Assembly: GCA_965215265.1 (NCBI GenBank) | Contig: OZ244048.1 | Coordinates: 1,504,001 to 1,568,000, forward strand | From: Candidatus Poribacteria bacterium | GTDB taxonomy: Bacteria; Poribacteria; WGA-4E; WGA-3G | Length of the DNA: 64,000 bases | Direction of reading: 5' to 3' | In this document: in pieces, positions 1 to 10,664 of the stretch | How positions within the stretch are numbered: position 1 is the first letter of the stretch | Layout: each line of letters opens with the position of its first letter | Notes under the pieces: model-generated | Seen by the model: only the letters and a program-made list of their open reading frames with translations | Database searches by the model: none | Told to the model about the DNA's origin: nothing | Program-made: the position numbers and the translations under genes

Positions 1-219
1 TATAGGAGGAATAAGGATTTTCATTGTCATTTTACTGCTTACCGGAGAGAATGTGGGCTATCCGATTGATGCTGCCTATATAGGCAGTATTGCTGCTTAC
101 TCTTTTGTCAATTGAGTGTGAGTGATTTGACTAATTGACACAATCTCGCCTCTTCTAATAGCTCCTATAACTGCCGTTAGCATGCCGGATAATGAGGTCC
201 TCCTTTTGTATTGGAAAGT

Positions 220-252
220 AGCCCTAGGGGGGTAAATCCTCACCCTAGGGCT
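220..252. terminator. Hairpin, likely terminator downstream of the minus-strand paralog pair
   Basis: AGCCCTAGGG (220-229) and CCCTAGGGCT (243-252) form a perfect 10-bp inverted repeat. Confidence 0.5.
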
Positions 253-316
253 TTCAACTTTGTGTTTTGCATTCAGTTAGTATGAGGCCGGTTTGTGGGA
301 AAAATAGGATGCGGGT

Positions 317-922
317 TTATTGTTTCCCTTTCAAAGCGCCCCATGTCGTTGTAACTTTGCCGCTGGGTTCCACATCGGTTGTAGGCAGTTCCCCGACGGT
401 TTTTCTGAAGTATACATCATCTTCAACGTCGTTGGGGCCGGCCCAAACCCAATATGCTGTTGAGTCCGGGTCTTTGAGGGTTTCGCGCATAGTGTCTGCG
501 CCGAATCCCCAGATGCCTTCGCCGAATTGATCGAGTTGTGTGGCGTTATCCCAGCTGCTATCATCGAAATCGGATTGTTCCCAGCCATCGTTTCGTTCAG
601 CGATGGGTGGACCGGCATCGGCCTTCCATGTTTCATCGGAGGGTATGTAGGTGCCGTCATCCAGTATGACATCAAATAGAGCACCTCCCCTTCCAGCTGC
701 GCCGGGTTCTGCGTCGTGGACATAGACAGCAATCGTGGCGTAGCCGTCGGGCATATCGAATTCCGTAATGGAAGCTTCCTGCCAATTATCGCCTTCTGCG
801 ACTTTTTCGCCGTTGACGAAGCCTACCCAAGAATTATCTCCATTGATGCGGAGTGTTGCTGCCCATAGATTAAAATTAGCAATTGCTAACACTAAAATTG
901 TAGAGATCAAGCCTTTTTTCAT
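317..922 (-). CDS. Secreted beta-sandwich/lectin-like hypothetical protein with C-terminal VEP..K..TTW motif
   Basis: Signal peptide MKKGLIST...; AGGAGA RBS upstream of ATG 922; ends VEPSGKVTTTWGALKGKQ; paralog of the next gene. Confidence 0.75.
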   Translation of the reverse strand: MKKGLISTILVLAIANFNLWAATLRINGDNSWVGFVNGEKVAEGDNWQEASITEFDMPDGYATIAVYVHDAEPGAAGRGGALFDVILDDGTYIPSDETWKADAGPPIAERNDGWEQSDFDDSSWDNATQLDQFGEGIWGFGADTMRETLKDPDSTAYWVWAGPNDVEDDVYFRKTVGELPTTDVEPSGKVTTTWGALKGKQ

Positions 923-971
923 GATAAACAAATCTCCTTATTGTGAGTTGTGGCAGTTTGATTGTGTAAAT

Positions 972-1607
972 CTACTGCGTCTCGTTTTTAATTCTCGCCC
1001 AGGTTGTAGCGAGTTTATCTTGCGGTTCAACTGGTAGGGTGCCGATGGCATAACGGAAATAGACATCGTCTTCTCCATCATTGGGTCCGCACCAAACCCA
1101 GTTTGCTTCACAATCCGGGTCTTTGAGAATTTGTTGCATCTGTGCGGCCCCGAATCCCCAGATTCCCTGTCCAAATTTCTCATAAATTTCGAGTTGATCT
1201 TCCCATTTGCTGTCATCAAAATCAACTTCTTCCCATCCGTCTTCCCTATCTGCGATAGGTTTTCCTGCATCGCAACGCCATCCTTCTTCACCCGTGCCGA
1301 TGTAGTCCGGGTCGTCATCAAGTATGATATCAGCAAGGAAGCCGCCTCTGCCGGCTGCACCGGGTTCTGCGTCATGGACGTAGATAGCAATCATTGCAAA
1401 ACCTTTGTCCAATTTGAATTCGCTAACGGTGGGTTGCTGCCAGTTTCCGTTTGCAGCGACTTCTTCGCCGTTGACAAACGCTACCCAGCTGTTATCACCG
1501 CTGATGCGTAAAGTGCCATTTTTAGGTTCGGCGTTGGCTGTCTGCGGCAGGAGTGTACTGGCTAACAAGAGCAGAATTGTAGAGTAGAGCATTAATCGGT
1601 TGTACAT
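972..1607 (-). CDS. Secreted paralog of 317..922
   Basis: Signal peptide; shares GDNSWV.FVNGE.VA, YVHDAEPGAAGRGG, GIWGFGA and GPND.EDDVYFR; ends VEPQDKLATTWARIK; GGAGG RBS before ATG 1607. Confidence 0.75.
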   Translation of the reverse strand: MYNRLMLYSTILLLLASTLLPQTANAEPKNGTLRISGDNSWVAFVNGEEVAANGNWQQPTVSEFKLDKGFAMIAIYVHDAEPGAAGRGGFLADIILDDDPDYIGTGEEGWRCDAGKPIADREDGWEEVDFDDSKWEDQLEIYEKFGQGIWGFGAAQMQQILKDPDCEANWVWCGPNDGEDDVYFRYAIGTLPVEPQDKLATTWARIKNETQ

Positions 1608-1640
1608 AAAAACCTCCATTTTGGTATTGTTTCTTACGGA

Positions 1641-2915
1641 CTACGCTCGGCCTTCAAATTCGTTGTAGAGAGAGAGCAAACCCTCTGCAGTATTCTCATT
1701 GAAGGGGCAGCGCGCGTAAGGTTGATAAGGTTGAAATTGTGTTTTAAAATAGGAGACGATGTTATGCGGTTTGAGTTCGACCTCATCAGTGTCAAGTGCT
1801 TCGCGTAAGGCACAATAGGGTGGCCAGTTGCGGAGTTGTTGATAAAAGATGAGTTCGGCGTGTGAACCGGCTGTAACGTAAATTTCGCCGAGGGCTGTGA
1901 GCGCATAAGTGACGCGCCTGCCGACAGGCTGTTTTTCGACAAATCCCAAGATGGTTAAGTTATCTAACGCTTTGCGTACACCAGTATCTCCGGTTTTGCA
2001 GTTGCGTTCTTCTAACCATCGTCGGAGGATGCGTCGTGTTCGGTTTGGGCATGCGTGGACTGCTTCGGCTGCTAGTTTCATCGCACTATAGACACGGGCA
2101 GAGTAGTTTAAGAGCGAATCTTCCAGCTGCCATGCCTCCCATAGACTCAGTTTTGATTTTCTATCGGGAATGTAGTCTACCGTGTGTGTCTCTTGCAAGT
2201 ATTGAAAATGCCCAGTACCGAATTGGGTTTGTGCGATATGGAGGAGCGGCAATCGCCGTATCCACTTCTCAAGTTCATCTGGAAAGCTGATAAATTCAGG
2301 GAATGTCTGAATCGGTTTGAACTGTGCCGGTAATTTGAGATGGAGTTGACTTCCGGTGTAGCTAACAATAGTGTCATCTTCAATTTCAAATGCCTCCAAC
2401 AAGACAGATGCTTTTCCGGCAGCAATTCGCGATAAAACATGTGGACGCAACTCCGCCCAATCGATGAGTAAAATCTCGTGTTCTCTTTCGTGTCGTTGCC
2501 ACTGTCGGACGGTTTGATCAAATCCGTTGAGTGAAACACAGACAATCCCTTTACATTCTAAGTCACGGGCCGCTTGCAATCGGCGTTTGATGTGCAAATC
2601 TCGAACGGATGCTGGCCGTTTCTCAAAGAATTTGGCTTCCAAGAGATAGCGGTTAGTGCCGTCCCACAAGATTCCGTCGCACTGATAGAGGGTACCTGAA
2701 TTTCCGTAAATGCAGCTGGACCACTCTTGTACTTCTAAGTTTCGGACAGAGTTGTAGTAGCTGAGAATGAGGTGCTCGAAGGCGTTTCCGCGTTTTGAGG
2801 GTGATGCGGGCAGTGCGATTTTCGGTGCGCTCTCACCTTTTAGAACAAACGGGTGCTCGCCTTCTTTCAGTATGTTAAAAGCTGTGGGTTGTGCGTGTAT
2901 ATATGCCCATTTCAT
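1641..2915 (-). CDS. Restriction-endonuclease-like PD-(D/E)XK protein with probable C-terminal winged helix
   Basis: GNAFE...CDG...LLEAKF catalytic-type motif; RKALDNLTILGFVEK...YALTALG wHTH-like segment. Confidence 0.55.
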   Translation of the reverse strand: MKWAYIHAQPTAFNILKEGEHPFVLKGESAPKIALPASPSKRGNAFEHLILSYYNSVRNLEVQEWSSCIYGNSGTLYQCDGILWDGTNRYLLEAKFFEKRPASVRDLHIKRRLQAARDLECKGIVCVSLNGFDQTVRQWQRHEREHEILLIDWAELRPHVLSRIAAGKASVLLEAFEIEDDTIVSYTGSQLHLKLPAQFKPIQTFPEFISFPDELEKWIRRLPLLHIAQTQFGTGHFQYLQETHTVDYIPDRKSKLSLWEAWQLEDSLLNYSARVYSAMKLAAEAVHACPNRTRRILRRWLEERNCKTGDTGVRKALDNLTILGFVEKQPVGRRVTYALTALGEIYVTAGSHAELIFYQQLRNWPPYCALREALDTDEVELKPHNIVSYFKTQFQPYQPYARCPFNENTAEGLLSLYNEFEGRA

Positions 2916-2932
2916 GATTTATGTCCGCTGGT

Positions 2933-3721
2933 TTAGTTTCCAGATTCAAACAGAGATGGAAAATGACGATACGGATCTGCTGGTTCGCGAAAGAGAATCT
3001 GCTGTCGCTGTGTGAGTTGAATGCCCTCTGGCGTTGCAACACGCCGTGATGTCCATGCAATATGTGAGATGCAGTATTTGTACAACAGTGACCGGCGTTG
3101 ATGCTTTCCATTCCATGCGGCTGTTCCGTGCGTGAGTGCTTCAGTAAACAGAATAACAGAGCCGGCGGGTGCCTCGGGACTAACCACACATTCTGCTTTT
3201 TCAGGGGCTTCTGCGAGCTCTGGTGGCAGTTTAAAATTGCTTTTGTGGCTGCCGGGTATGCAGCAAAACCCGCCGGATTCGGGTCCGGTGTCGGCGAGGT
3301 TCCATGTCACAACCACGAATCCGTCGTGAATCTCGTTATTCCGGAAAGAGTAGTATTCGCCGGATTTGACTTTAGCAGTTGGAGAGGTTGCCCCGTAGTC
3401 GGCGTGCAGGTGTCCCCTAGGCATCCCTTCTCGCATGTACATCCCGTAGATTCTGTCGAGTCGGAAGCAGTCTCCTAATCGGAATTGAAGTATGGGCATA
3501 ATCTTGGGATGATCGAGTAGGTCACAAAACGGTTTTCCCCATTGTAGAAATCCGGATCCGTCTGGGGCGCTGCCGAATCGTTGGACCTTTCCGGGCGTGG
3601 GCAGTTGTTGCTCGTCAATGTGGCGATTGAGTGCTGCGACCTCCTCTGGACTTAAGACATCTTTAATGACTAAGTATCCCTGCAAATCGAAGAGATATTC
3701 CTGCGTTAGTAGTGAACTCAT
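2933..3721 (-). CDS. Phytanoyl-CoA dioxygenase (PhyH) family protein
   Basis: FDLQGYLVIKDVL start, GGFCCIPGSHK and FTEALTHG motifs. Confidence 0.85.
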   Translation of the reverse strand: MSSLLTQEYLFDLQGYLVIKDVLSPEEVAALNRHIDEQQLPTPGKVQRFGSAPDGSGFLQWGKPFCDLLDHPKIMPILQFRLGDCFRLDRIYGMYMREGMPRGHLHADYGATSPTAKVKSGEYYSFRNNEIHDGFVVVTWNLADTGPESGGFCCIPGSHKSNFKLPPELAEAPEKAECVVSPEAPAGSVILFTEALTHGTAAWNGKHQRRSLLYKYCISHIAWTSRRVATPEGIQLTQRQQILFREPADPYRHFPSLFESGN

Positions 3722-3855
3722 GCGATGCTTCTCCTATTCTTCGCTGTTTCAAGTAATAGATTGCACAGTTGCTTATTGTAAAATAGTGTCCATCCATTTG
3801 CGTTAGAATTATATGGAAAACCGCTAAAAAACACAAATGATTTTTTAGCACTGCG

Positions 3856-4752
3856 CTATTTGAGTGCTAATTGTCCAGCGAGAGCTGCGACGAATTGATA
3901 TGCAACACGTCCGGAACGTCCACTTGAGTTTGCTTCCCACTCCAAAGCAGTGCGATGTAATTTTTCCTTGGGCATGGCGAGTGCGTATTTTTGTGCGTAA
4001 TGCGTGACAATCTGTAAATAGGTATCTTGCGAAATCTGGTAGAAAGGGATGCGTAACCCGAACCGGTCGCTGAGTGAGACTTTCTCTTCTGTTGCTTCGC
4101 GAGGATATAATTCATCTTCGTCGTTCTGTGGAAATTGGTTATCCTGTACTTGTCGTGGCATCAGGTGCCTGCGATTTGAGGTAGCGTAAATAATTACGTT
4201 GTCAGGACATGCGGAGATGCCGCCTTCCAGCATCGCTTTCAATTCGCGATATTCGGGTTCGTCTTGACTGAAAGCCAGATCGTCACAAAATAGGATGTAG
4301 CGTTCCGGGCGTTCCCACAAAAGTTCTGCGATGTCTTGCAGGTGTGCCAATCCTTGTTTGCCAATTCCGACCAGCCGTAAGCCTTTATGTGCGTAGCGTG
4401 CTAACATTGCTTTAACGAGAGAAGATTTGCCGGTGCCCCGATCGCCCCAGAGGAGGGCATGGTTAGTGGGGAGTTGTTGTAGAAACTGCCTGGTATTCAT
4501 TTTTAACGCTGCAGATTGTGTTTCTATACCAATTAAGTCGGCACTATCAACAAGATGCGGATGTTTAACAGGAGTGAGGTGTCCTGTCCCGTTCTGCGTC
4601 CGCCAACGGAAAGCGATGTAATTGTCAAGGATTTCTTGTGTGTGTAAATGCGTTTGTTGACCATTCAAACGAGTGAGCAGGCTATCTGCTTTTTCAAGCA
4701 GTTGTGCAAAAAATGGCAGAACATCTTCGGGGTTCAATTTTTTTTCAGACAT
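3856..4752 (-). CDS. DUF815 family AAA+ ATPase
   Basis: LLWGDRGTGKSS Walker A, FCDDL, YATSNRRHL, EEKVSLSDRFG, RSGRVAYQF. Confidence 0.9.
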   Translation of the reverse strand: MSEKKLNPEDVLPFFAQLLEKADSLLTRLNGQQTHLHTQEILDNYIAFRWRTQNGTGHLTPVKHPHLVDSADLIGIETQSAALKMNTRQFLQQLPTNHALLWGDRGTGKSSLVKAMLARYAHKGLRLVGIGKQGLAHLQDIAELLWERPERYILFCDDLAFSQDEPEYRELKAMLEGGISACPDNVIIYATSNRRHLMPRQVQDNQFPQNDEDELYPREATEEKVSLSDRFGLRIPFYQISQDTYLQIVTHYAQKYALAMPKEKLHRTALEWEANSSGRSGRVAYQFVAALAGQLALK

Positions 4753-5226
4753 AATTTCCGGTTAACCACTGCTATCAGTTAGATTCAAGCTCTGTTTTAG
4801 CCCTTCAGTCAGTTCAAAGTCTCTGACAATTCTATTTCGTAGATGTATGCCGCGGCATTTGATACTCAACGCGAGCCTGAGGCCTCCTGCAAGCAGCTGC
4901 TGTGCAGTTCTGCTAAAAAGCATTGTGTCCTCCATTGCGATTAAGCATCTTGTGACATCTGCTCGTTAGAATATAGGATAGTTTACCAAATGTGAAGGAA
5001 ATTTGTCAACCCAAATTTTCGGTTTGGAAATGCCCGATAAAGGGCAGTGTGTTAAATGGATTGCCCGTTTTTGTGCAGATTCAAGGCAGAGTTTACGGAA
5101 TTCTCTCAAGAAATTCGCTTTGAGCCACTGCGTGTCGGTATATCCAGCGTTTCTCGGTATTGGCATATAAATTGCTCAAATTCCATAAAAATTCATATTG
5201 TAATGGATGTTCCAAGGGGGCATTTA

Positions 5227-8127
5227 ATGAAAGAAACACTATTTTTCGTACTAACGTTTCTATTTTTAGGAGCCACTAGTTTGGCACAAGATTATACACG
5301 AATGAGTCTTCCTGACGGGGCTAAAGCGCGCATCGGCAAAGCATCTATCATTGATGTTAAATATTCTTCCGATGGCACGCGGCTCGCGGTAGCGAGTACA
5401 ATCGGCGTTTGGTTGTATGATACAAACAGATACCGCGAAATCGCTCTGCTTTCGGGGCACACGTGGGAGATAAGTGCAATGACGTTCTCTCCAGATGAAA
5501 ACGTGCTTGCTACTGCGAGTTATGATGATCCTGTTCGGTTATGGGATACCCAGACCGGTGAGCTTCGTACTGTGCTGCCAGGGTACGTTAGCTTGGTTGA
5601 GGGCTTGGCGTTTTCTCCGGATGGTAATATACTCGCGATAGCGAATGAGCAAGAAATCTTCTTGTGGGATGTAGAAACGGTGGAACGGCAGGCTGTTCTT
5701 CAAGCGCCTGCGGGACGTATTATTGCACTGACGTTTTCTTCGGATGGCAAAACTTTGGTGAGTGCCAGCTTGGGTGAAACGATTCAGATATGGGATGTTG
5801 ATACGGCAAAACTCCTGGCGACTTATGAAATAAGCTTAGGTAATTTCTCACAGGCCGTCTTGTCAAAGGAGAATAGAATCCTGGCTAGTGTTATTTGGAA
5901 TGACAGAAGGATTAAATTGTGGGACATTCATACCGGACAGCTTCGTGCTACACTAAGCGGGCATAAGTATCGGATTGATTCTCTGGCATTCTCACCAGAC
6001 GGTACTATGTTCGCGAGTGGAGGTGCTGGCTGGGATAATGCGGCGCGCCAAAATTTGGGGGAGATTCTGTTGTGGAATGCCTCGACCGGAGAACTCCGTA
6101 AAACCTTCACAATACCGACAGTGACAATTAAAGCAGTGACATTCTCACCCGATGGAAAGACGTTGGTAAGTGCAAGTTCAGATAAGATTTGGCTTTGGGA
6201 GATGCAGACGGGTGCGCTGCAAGGGACAGTAGAAGGGTATACGCGGGGTGCAGACGCAATAGCATTTTCCCCGGATGGCGAAACCCTTGCGAGCGGAAGT
6301 GGAAACGAGGTCCGGTTGTGGGATGCACAGACAGGTGAACATCGTGCTAAACTCGCGGAGCATTGGCTCGTTGTCAAGTCCTTGGCCTTTTCACCGGATG
6401 GTGAGTTACTTGCGAGTGGGAGTGGAGAAGAAGCGATCATTTCACATGTTGAGACTGGGCGACAGCCTAAGTGGCTGAGTTTGAGAAGCAACTGGTCGAC
6501 TCCTGTCGCGTTTTCACCAGATGGTAAAACGCTCGCGATTCGGCGGTTTAGCGGTTCAATTTGGTTGCGGGATCGAGATACTGGAGAATTGCAGCGTGCC
6601 CTCGGGGGAAAGGAGTATTACGTTGAGGTGCAAGCATTTTCCCCGGACGGAAAAACGCTGGCGACTGCAGGTTCAGATGGCGAGATTTGGTTATGGAATG
6701 TAAAGACGGGTGAACTCCAAGATACACTCTTAGGAAATACGGATAGGATTTATAGTTTAGCCTTCTCGCCGGACGGAAAAATGCTGGCGAGTACAGGACG
6801 AAATGAAACGATTCGGTTGTGGGATGCAGAGACGGGCAGACTCCGGGAGGTTCTTAGTGGGCATAGAGCGCCTGTATACGCTATAGCATTTTCGCCAGAT
6901 GGCTGCCTACTTGCGAGTGGGAGTGGCGATGCTACGATTCGATTGTGGGATGTCGATTCTCGGTGCTATCGTGCAACACTCTTAGGACACTCAGATGGTG
7001 TCTCCGCTCTGGCATTTTCGCCAGATGGCCGTACGCTTTCAAGTGGTAGTTGGGACGGTAGCATTTTATTATGGGAATTACCCCTATCTCCTTCTGCTTT
7101 CGTCAGTATTACGCCTTCCGTTATGGAGGCACCACCGGTTGAAGAGCAGATACAGGTTAATGTTGACATTCGCGGTGGGCAAAGCGTTCGCGGGTATGAG
7201 TTGACCGTGGCGTTTGATAGTAGTGCACTCCGCTATGTTTCCGCAATTAACGGGGACTACCTGCCTGGTAATTGTTTTTTTGTACCACCGATCGTGCGGC
7301 AAAATCGCGTCACGGTTGTTGCAACTTCGCCAAACGGAGTTGGTGATGGTGATGGGACTCTCGCAACCCTCACGTTTGAGGTTGTTGCACGTAAAACCTC
7401 AAACATCGTTCTCTTTGAGGTAATGCTCTCTGATAGTAGTGGGGAAGCCTTACCGATATTCGTTAAAAGCGGGTGGATGACTGAGCCGCGATGGGATGTT
7501 AACTTTGATGGGTACGTGAATATCCAAGATTTAGCACTTGTTGCGTCGCGTTTCGGGCGGGCTGACTTCACTGAGTCAGATATCAATGGTGATGGTGTCG
7601 TTGATATAGCGGACCTGGTGCTGGTTGCGAGTGGATTGGATGCGGCTGCGGGCGCGCCTTCACAAAAGCAGATACAGATAATCCGTAGTATCAATCCTAC
7701 TGAAATCGAAAGGTGGATTCGTTTGGCACGACAATATGACGGTAGGGAAAAAGCCGAGCCGATGTTTCAGCAAGGGGTTGCTGTGCTTGGAAAATTGTTA
7801 GCCATCTTGACGACGACAAAAGCAACAGTTCCCACTCAAACGGTTCTATTCCCAAACTACCCTAATCCGTTTAATCCGGAGACGTGGATAGCGTATCAAT
7901 TAGCAGAGGCAGCGGATGTGACGCTGACTATTTACGATGTGAACGGAAAGGTAGTGAGGAGATTGATACGTGGGCATCAGCTTGCAGGCATGTATTACAA
8001 ACGAGGACGTGCGGCGTATTGGAATGGACGAAATGCTTTCGGTGAGCGTGTCGCAAGTGGTCTCTATTTTTATACGTTAACAGCAGGAGAGTTCACTGCT
8101 ACTCGGCGAATGTTGATTAGAAAGTGA
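5227..8127 (+). CDS. Secreted WD40-repeat protein with cohesin-like, dockerin/EF-hand-like and FlgD/T9SS-like C-terminal domains
   Basis: Likely start ATG 5227 (signal peptide); many AFSPDG..LAS....IRLWD repeats; cohesin-like FDSSALRYVS...GTLATLTFEV; DVNFDGYVNIQDL and DINGDGVVDIADL; NYPNPFNPETWI...MLIRK. Confidence 0.9.
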   Translation: MKETLFFVLTFLFLGATSLAQDYTRMSLPDGAKARIGKASIIDVKYSSDGTRLAVASTIGVWLYDTNRYREIALLSGHTWEISAMTFSPDENVLATASYDDPVRLWDTQTGELRTVLPGYVSLVEGLAFSPDGNILAIANEQEIFLWDVETVERQAVLQAPAGRIIALTFSSDGKTLVSASLGETIQIWDVDTAKLLATYEISLGNFSQAVLSKENRILASVIWNDRRIKLWDIHTGQLRATLSGHKYRIDSLAFSPDGTMFASGGAGWDNAARQNLGEILLWNASTGELRKTFTIPTVTIKAVTFSPDGKTLVSASSDKIWLWEMQTGALQGTVEGYTRGADAIAFSPDGETLASGSGNEVRLWDAQTGEHRAKLAEHWLVVKSLAFSPDGELLASGSGEEAIISHVETGRQPKWLSLRSNWSTPVAFSPDGKTLAIRRFSGSIWLRDRDTGELQRALGGKEYYVEVQAFSPDGKTLATAGSDGEIWLWNVKTGELQDTLLGNTDRIYSLAFSPDGKMLASTGRNETIRLWDAETGRLREVLSGHRAPVYAIAFSPDGCLLASGSGDATIRLWDVDSRCYRATLLGHSDGVSALAFSPDGRTLSSGSWDGSILLWELPLSPSAFVSITPSVMEAPPVEEQIQVNVDIRGGQSVRGYELTVAFDSSALRYVSAINGDYLPGNCFFVPPIVRQNRVTVVATSPNGVGDGDGTLATLTFEVVARKTSNIVLFEVMLSDSSGEALPIFVKSGWMTEPRWDVNFDGYVNIQDLALVASRFGRADFTESDINGDGVVDIADLVLVASGLDAAAGAPSQKQIQIIRSINPTEIERWIRLARQYDGREKAEPMFQQGVAVLGKLLAILTTTKATVPTQTVLFPNYPNPFNPETWIAYQLAEAADVTLTIYDVNGKVVRRLIRGHQLAGMYYKRGRAAYWNGRNAFGERVASGLYFYTLTAGEFTATRRMLIRK

Positions 8128-8279
8128 AATACTATGGATTTACCGGTGCGAACCGAGCATCTTTCCCACCCACGGGGTAGTTGATTGACCAGATTAACTA
8201 GCCCGGTGTTGACGTTAAATCAGGCAATGTTGTAAATATCTCATATTGGCAAAAATGCGCCAACCCAAATTTATGATTC

Positions 8280-8825
8280 TCAATCAGATTCCCATATCTG
8301 TTCTGGTGCGTTTGCACGGTAGTTGACGGTACGTGCAAGCATGAATAACAGATCTGAAAGGCGATTGAGGCTCCGGAGTAACTCAGGATTCAGATGCGCT
8401 TTGTTGGCTATTTCGACGACGGCACGTTCGCTTCTGCGGCAGACGGTACGTGCAATGTGTAAAACAGCACCGCCGGGGCATCCTCCGGGTAAAATGAAAT
8501 GCGTGAGGGGTGGGAGTTCCGCTGAGAGTTTGTCAATGGCGTGCTCCATCTCGGTTGTGAAGTGCTCTGAGATACGCAATTCGGCTGATTTTGAATGAGA
8601 GTCGGGTGTTGCTAAATCAGCGCCGAGTGCGAAGAGATGGTTCTGAATTCGGTTCAGTAGCGCGTTCACTTCATCATCGTCAATAAGAGATTGCGCGTAA
8701 CCGATATAAGCATTCAATTCGTCGACTGCGCCGATCGCGTGAATTCGCAGTGCATCTTTTCGGATTCGCGTGCCGCCGTAGAGGGCAGTGTCACCAGAAT
8801 CGCCAAATTTAGTGTAGATTTTCAT
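8280..8825 (-). CDS. pduO: PduO-type ATP:cob(I)alamin adenosyltransferase
   Basis: KIYTKFGDSGDT, GAVDELNA, FILPGG, RTVCRRSER, LNRLSDLLF. Confidence 0.92.
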   Translation of the reverse strand: MKIYTKFGDSGDTALYGGTRIRKDALRIHAIGAVDELNAYIGYAQSLIDDDEVNALLNRIQNHLFALGADLATPDSHSKSAELRISEHFTTEMEHAIDKLSAELPPLTHFILPGGCPGGAVLHIARTVCRRSERAVVEIANKAHLNPELLRSLNRLSDLLFMLARTVNYRANAPEQIWESD

Positions 8826-8903
8826 ATCTATTTATTTTATACTATCTGGGCAGCAGACTGCAAGTTAATCCTAATATAGAGAAGAAAAGGAGCAATACGA
8901 ATT

Positions 8904-10232
8904 ATGGGGGCTGTCATTGATAACGTCAACGTCGTCGATCTTCGTGTGCCGACATCCGATACGTTGTTAGGTTCCGATCCATTTCATAAAAAACCGAATT
9001 ATTCTGCGGTGCTAACAACGTTGAAGACTGACACTGGGCTTAGAGGGATTTCGGTAGCGTTTACTGCAGGTGCTGGCAATGACTGGATTGCCTACGGTGT
9101 CAAAGATCTTGCGCAGCTGGTTATCGGAATGGATATTGACACGTTCATCGCCGATCCGGGGGCGTTTCACAAACTCCTGATAGACCATCATCAACTGCGT
9201 TGGCTCGCTGATGGTGTGAATCGGATGGCGGTTGGAAGTCTTGTGAATGCGATGTGGGACCTCTGGGCAAAACAGTTGGGGAAACCGATGTGGAAATTGC
9301 TGGTTGACCTGCGCCCGGAACAAATTGTGCAGAGCATTGATTGGCGGTATCTGCGCGATGCGTTGACTCCGGATGAAGCGTTGGCGCTCTTGCATGCAAA
9401 TTTGGAGCGTCGCCATGAACGTGAACGGGTGCTTTGTGAACACGGTCCCAAAGCCTACTCCACTGCCGGTTGGCTTGGACTCACCGATGCCCAAATTATT
9501 GAGACGGTCAATCAGGTCAAAGCAGTCGGTTTTGATTGCTTCAAGATGAAGGTAGGACAAGATTTGGCCTTTGATAAGAAGCGACTCACTTTTATCCGAG
9601 AAGCGATTGGGCAAGGGGCACGCTTAATGCTGGACGCAAACCAGATTTGGGGTGTGGATGAGGCTATCGTGTATATGGAAGAATTGACGCGGTTTAATCC
9701 GACGTGGATTGAAGAGCCCACGGCGCGTGATGATGTGCTTGGATTCGTGAAAATTGCACGTGCGTTAGCACCACACGGAATCGGGGTGGCAGCCGGTGAA
9801 CAGGTGCCTTCATCTGTTATTTTTAAGCAGCTGCTCACGAGTGGTGGTATCCAATATTGTCAGATCGATGCGACGCGCTTGGGTGGTGTCAACGACGTTT
9901 TGGCTGTTATCTTAATCGCCGCAAAGTTTAACGTTCCGGTATGTCCACACGGTGGCGGTATCGGATTATGCAATATGATTCAGCATTATGCTATGTGGGA
10001 TCAGATTTGTGTCGCAGGGCATTCGGATACGCAGCTAGTAGAGTATCTCAACTTTCTCCAGGACGCGGTTTTCCTTCACCCGATTCAGGTTCGCGACGGT
10101 GCGTATATCGCGCCGACAGTACCCGGCTGGGGGCTTGAGATGCATGAAGACTTTATTGAAACACACACTTATCCGACAGGTTCAGTCTGGCAAGGCAGAG
10201 AGGCAGCTGGGGGTGTGACGTTTCTGGCATAA
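8904..10232 (+). CDS. L-fuconate dehydratase-like mandelate racemase/enolase superfamily enzyme
   Basis: LRVPTS..LLGSD, AYSTAGWLG, FKMKVG, LMLDANQ, WIEEPT, GEQ, VCPHGGGIGLC. Confidence 0.85.
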   Translation: MGAVIDNVNVVDLRVPTSDTLLGSDPFHKKPNYSAVLTTLKTDTGLRGISVAFTAGAGNDWIAYGVKDLAQLVIGMDIDTFIADPGAFHKLLIDHHQLRWLADGVNRMAVGSLVNAMWDLWAKQLGKPMWKLLVDLRPEQIVQSIDWRYLRDALTPDEALALLHANLERRHERERVLCEHGPKAYSTAGWLGLTDAQIIETVNQVKAVGFDCFKMKVGQDLAFDKKRLTFIREAIGQGARLMLDANQIWGVDEAIVYMEELTRFNPTWIEEPTARDDVLGFVKIARALAPHGIGVAAGEQVPSSVIFKQLLTSGGIQYCQIDATRLGGVNDVLAVILIAAKFNVPVCPHGGGIGLCNMIQHYAMWDQICVAGHSDTQLVEYLNFLQDAVFLHPIQVRDGAYIAPTVPGWGLEMHEDFIETHTYPTGSVWQGREAAGGVTFLA

Positions 10233-10350
10233 TTGTCTCAATATCTTAGTGTCTGCGACTCATACAGAGTGCTGCGATTGTAAAAAACTGAATGAATCTT
10301 TTCATGATTGACTTTACTTCTTCCTGCTCTGAAAAAGAGGTCTGATTGCC

Positions 10351-10632
10351 CTACTCTTCTGAAGGTTTCAACTGTTTCTTGATATCTGCCAACGTGTCGT
10401 GAATAGCGAAGAGAATAATCAAGAGTTCACAAAAGAGACGTAGAGCAATTGGACCAAAAATAAGACACCCAATTCCGAGAAAGGTCATATTTATAGCATC
10501 TATATGGTCTTCGCTGCCAAATCCGATATTGATTAGAGCGATACCTGCGAGGATACAGATAATAACCCCGGTCCAAAACAGAATTGGGATAATTGGCGTA
10601 ATCAGTTTCTTGAGTTTTAGAAAATCTTTCAT
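10351..10632 (-). CDS. DUF4282-like small membrane protein
   Basis: LITP.IPILFW...RLFCELLIILFAIHDTLADIK with two TM helices. Confidence 0.7.
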   Translation of the reverse strand: MKDFLKLKKLITPIIPILFWTGVIICILAGIALINIGFGSEDHIDAINMTFLGIGCLIFGPIALRLFCELLIILFAIHDTLADIKKQLKPSEE

Positions 10633-10664
10633 GTTCAGTTTCGCCTATCTAATATTTGTGAAAT

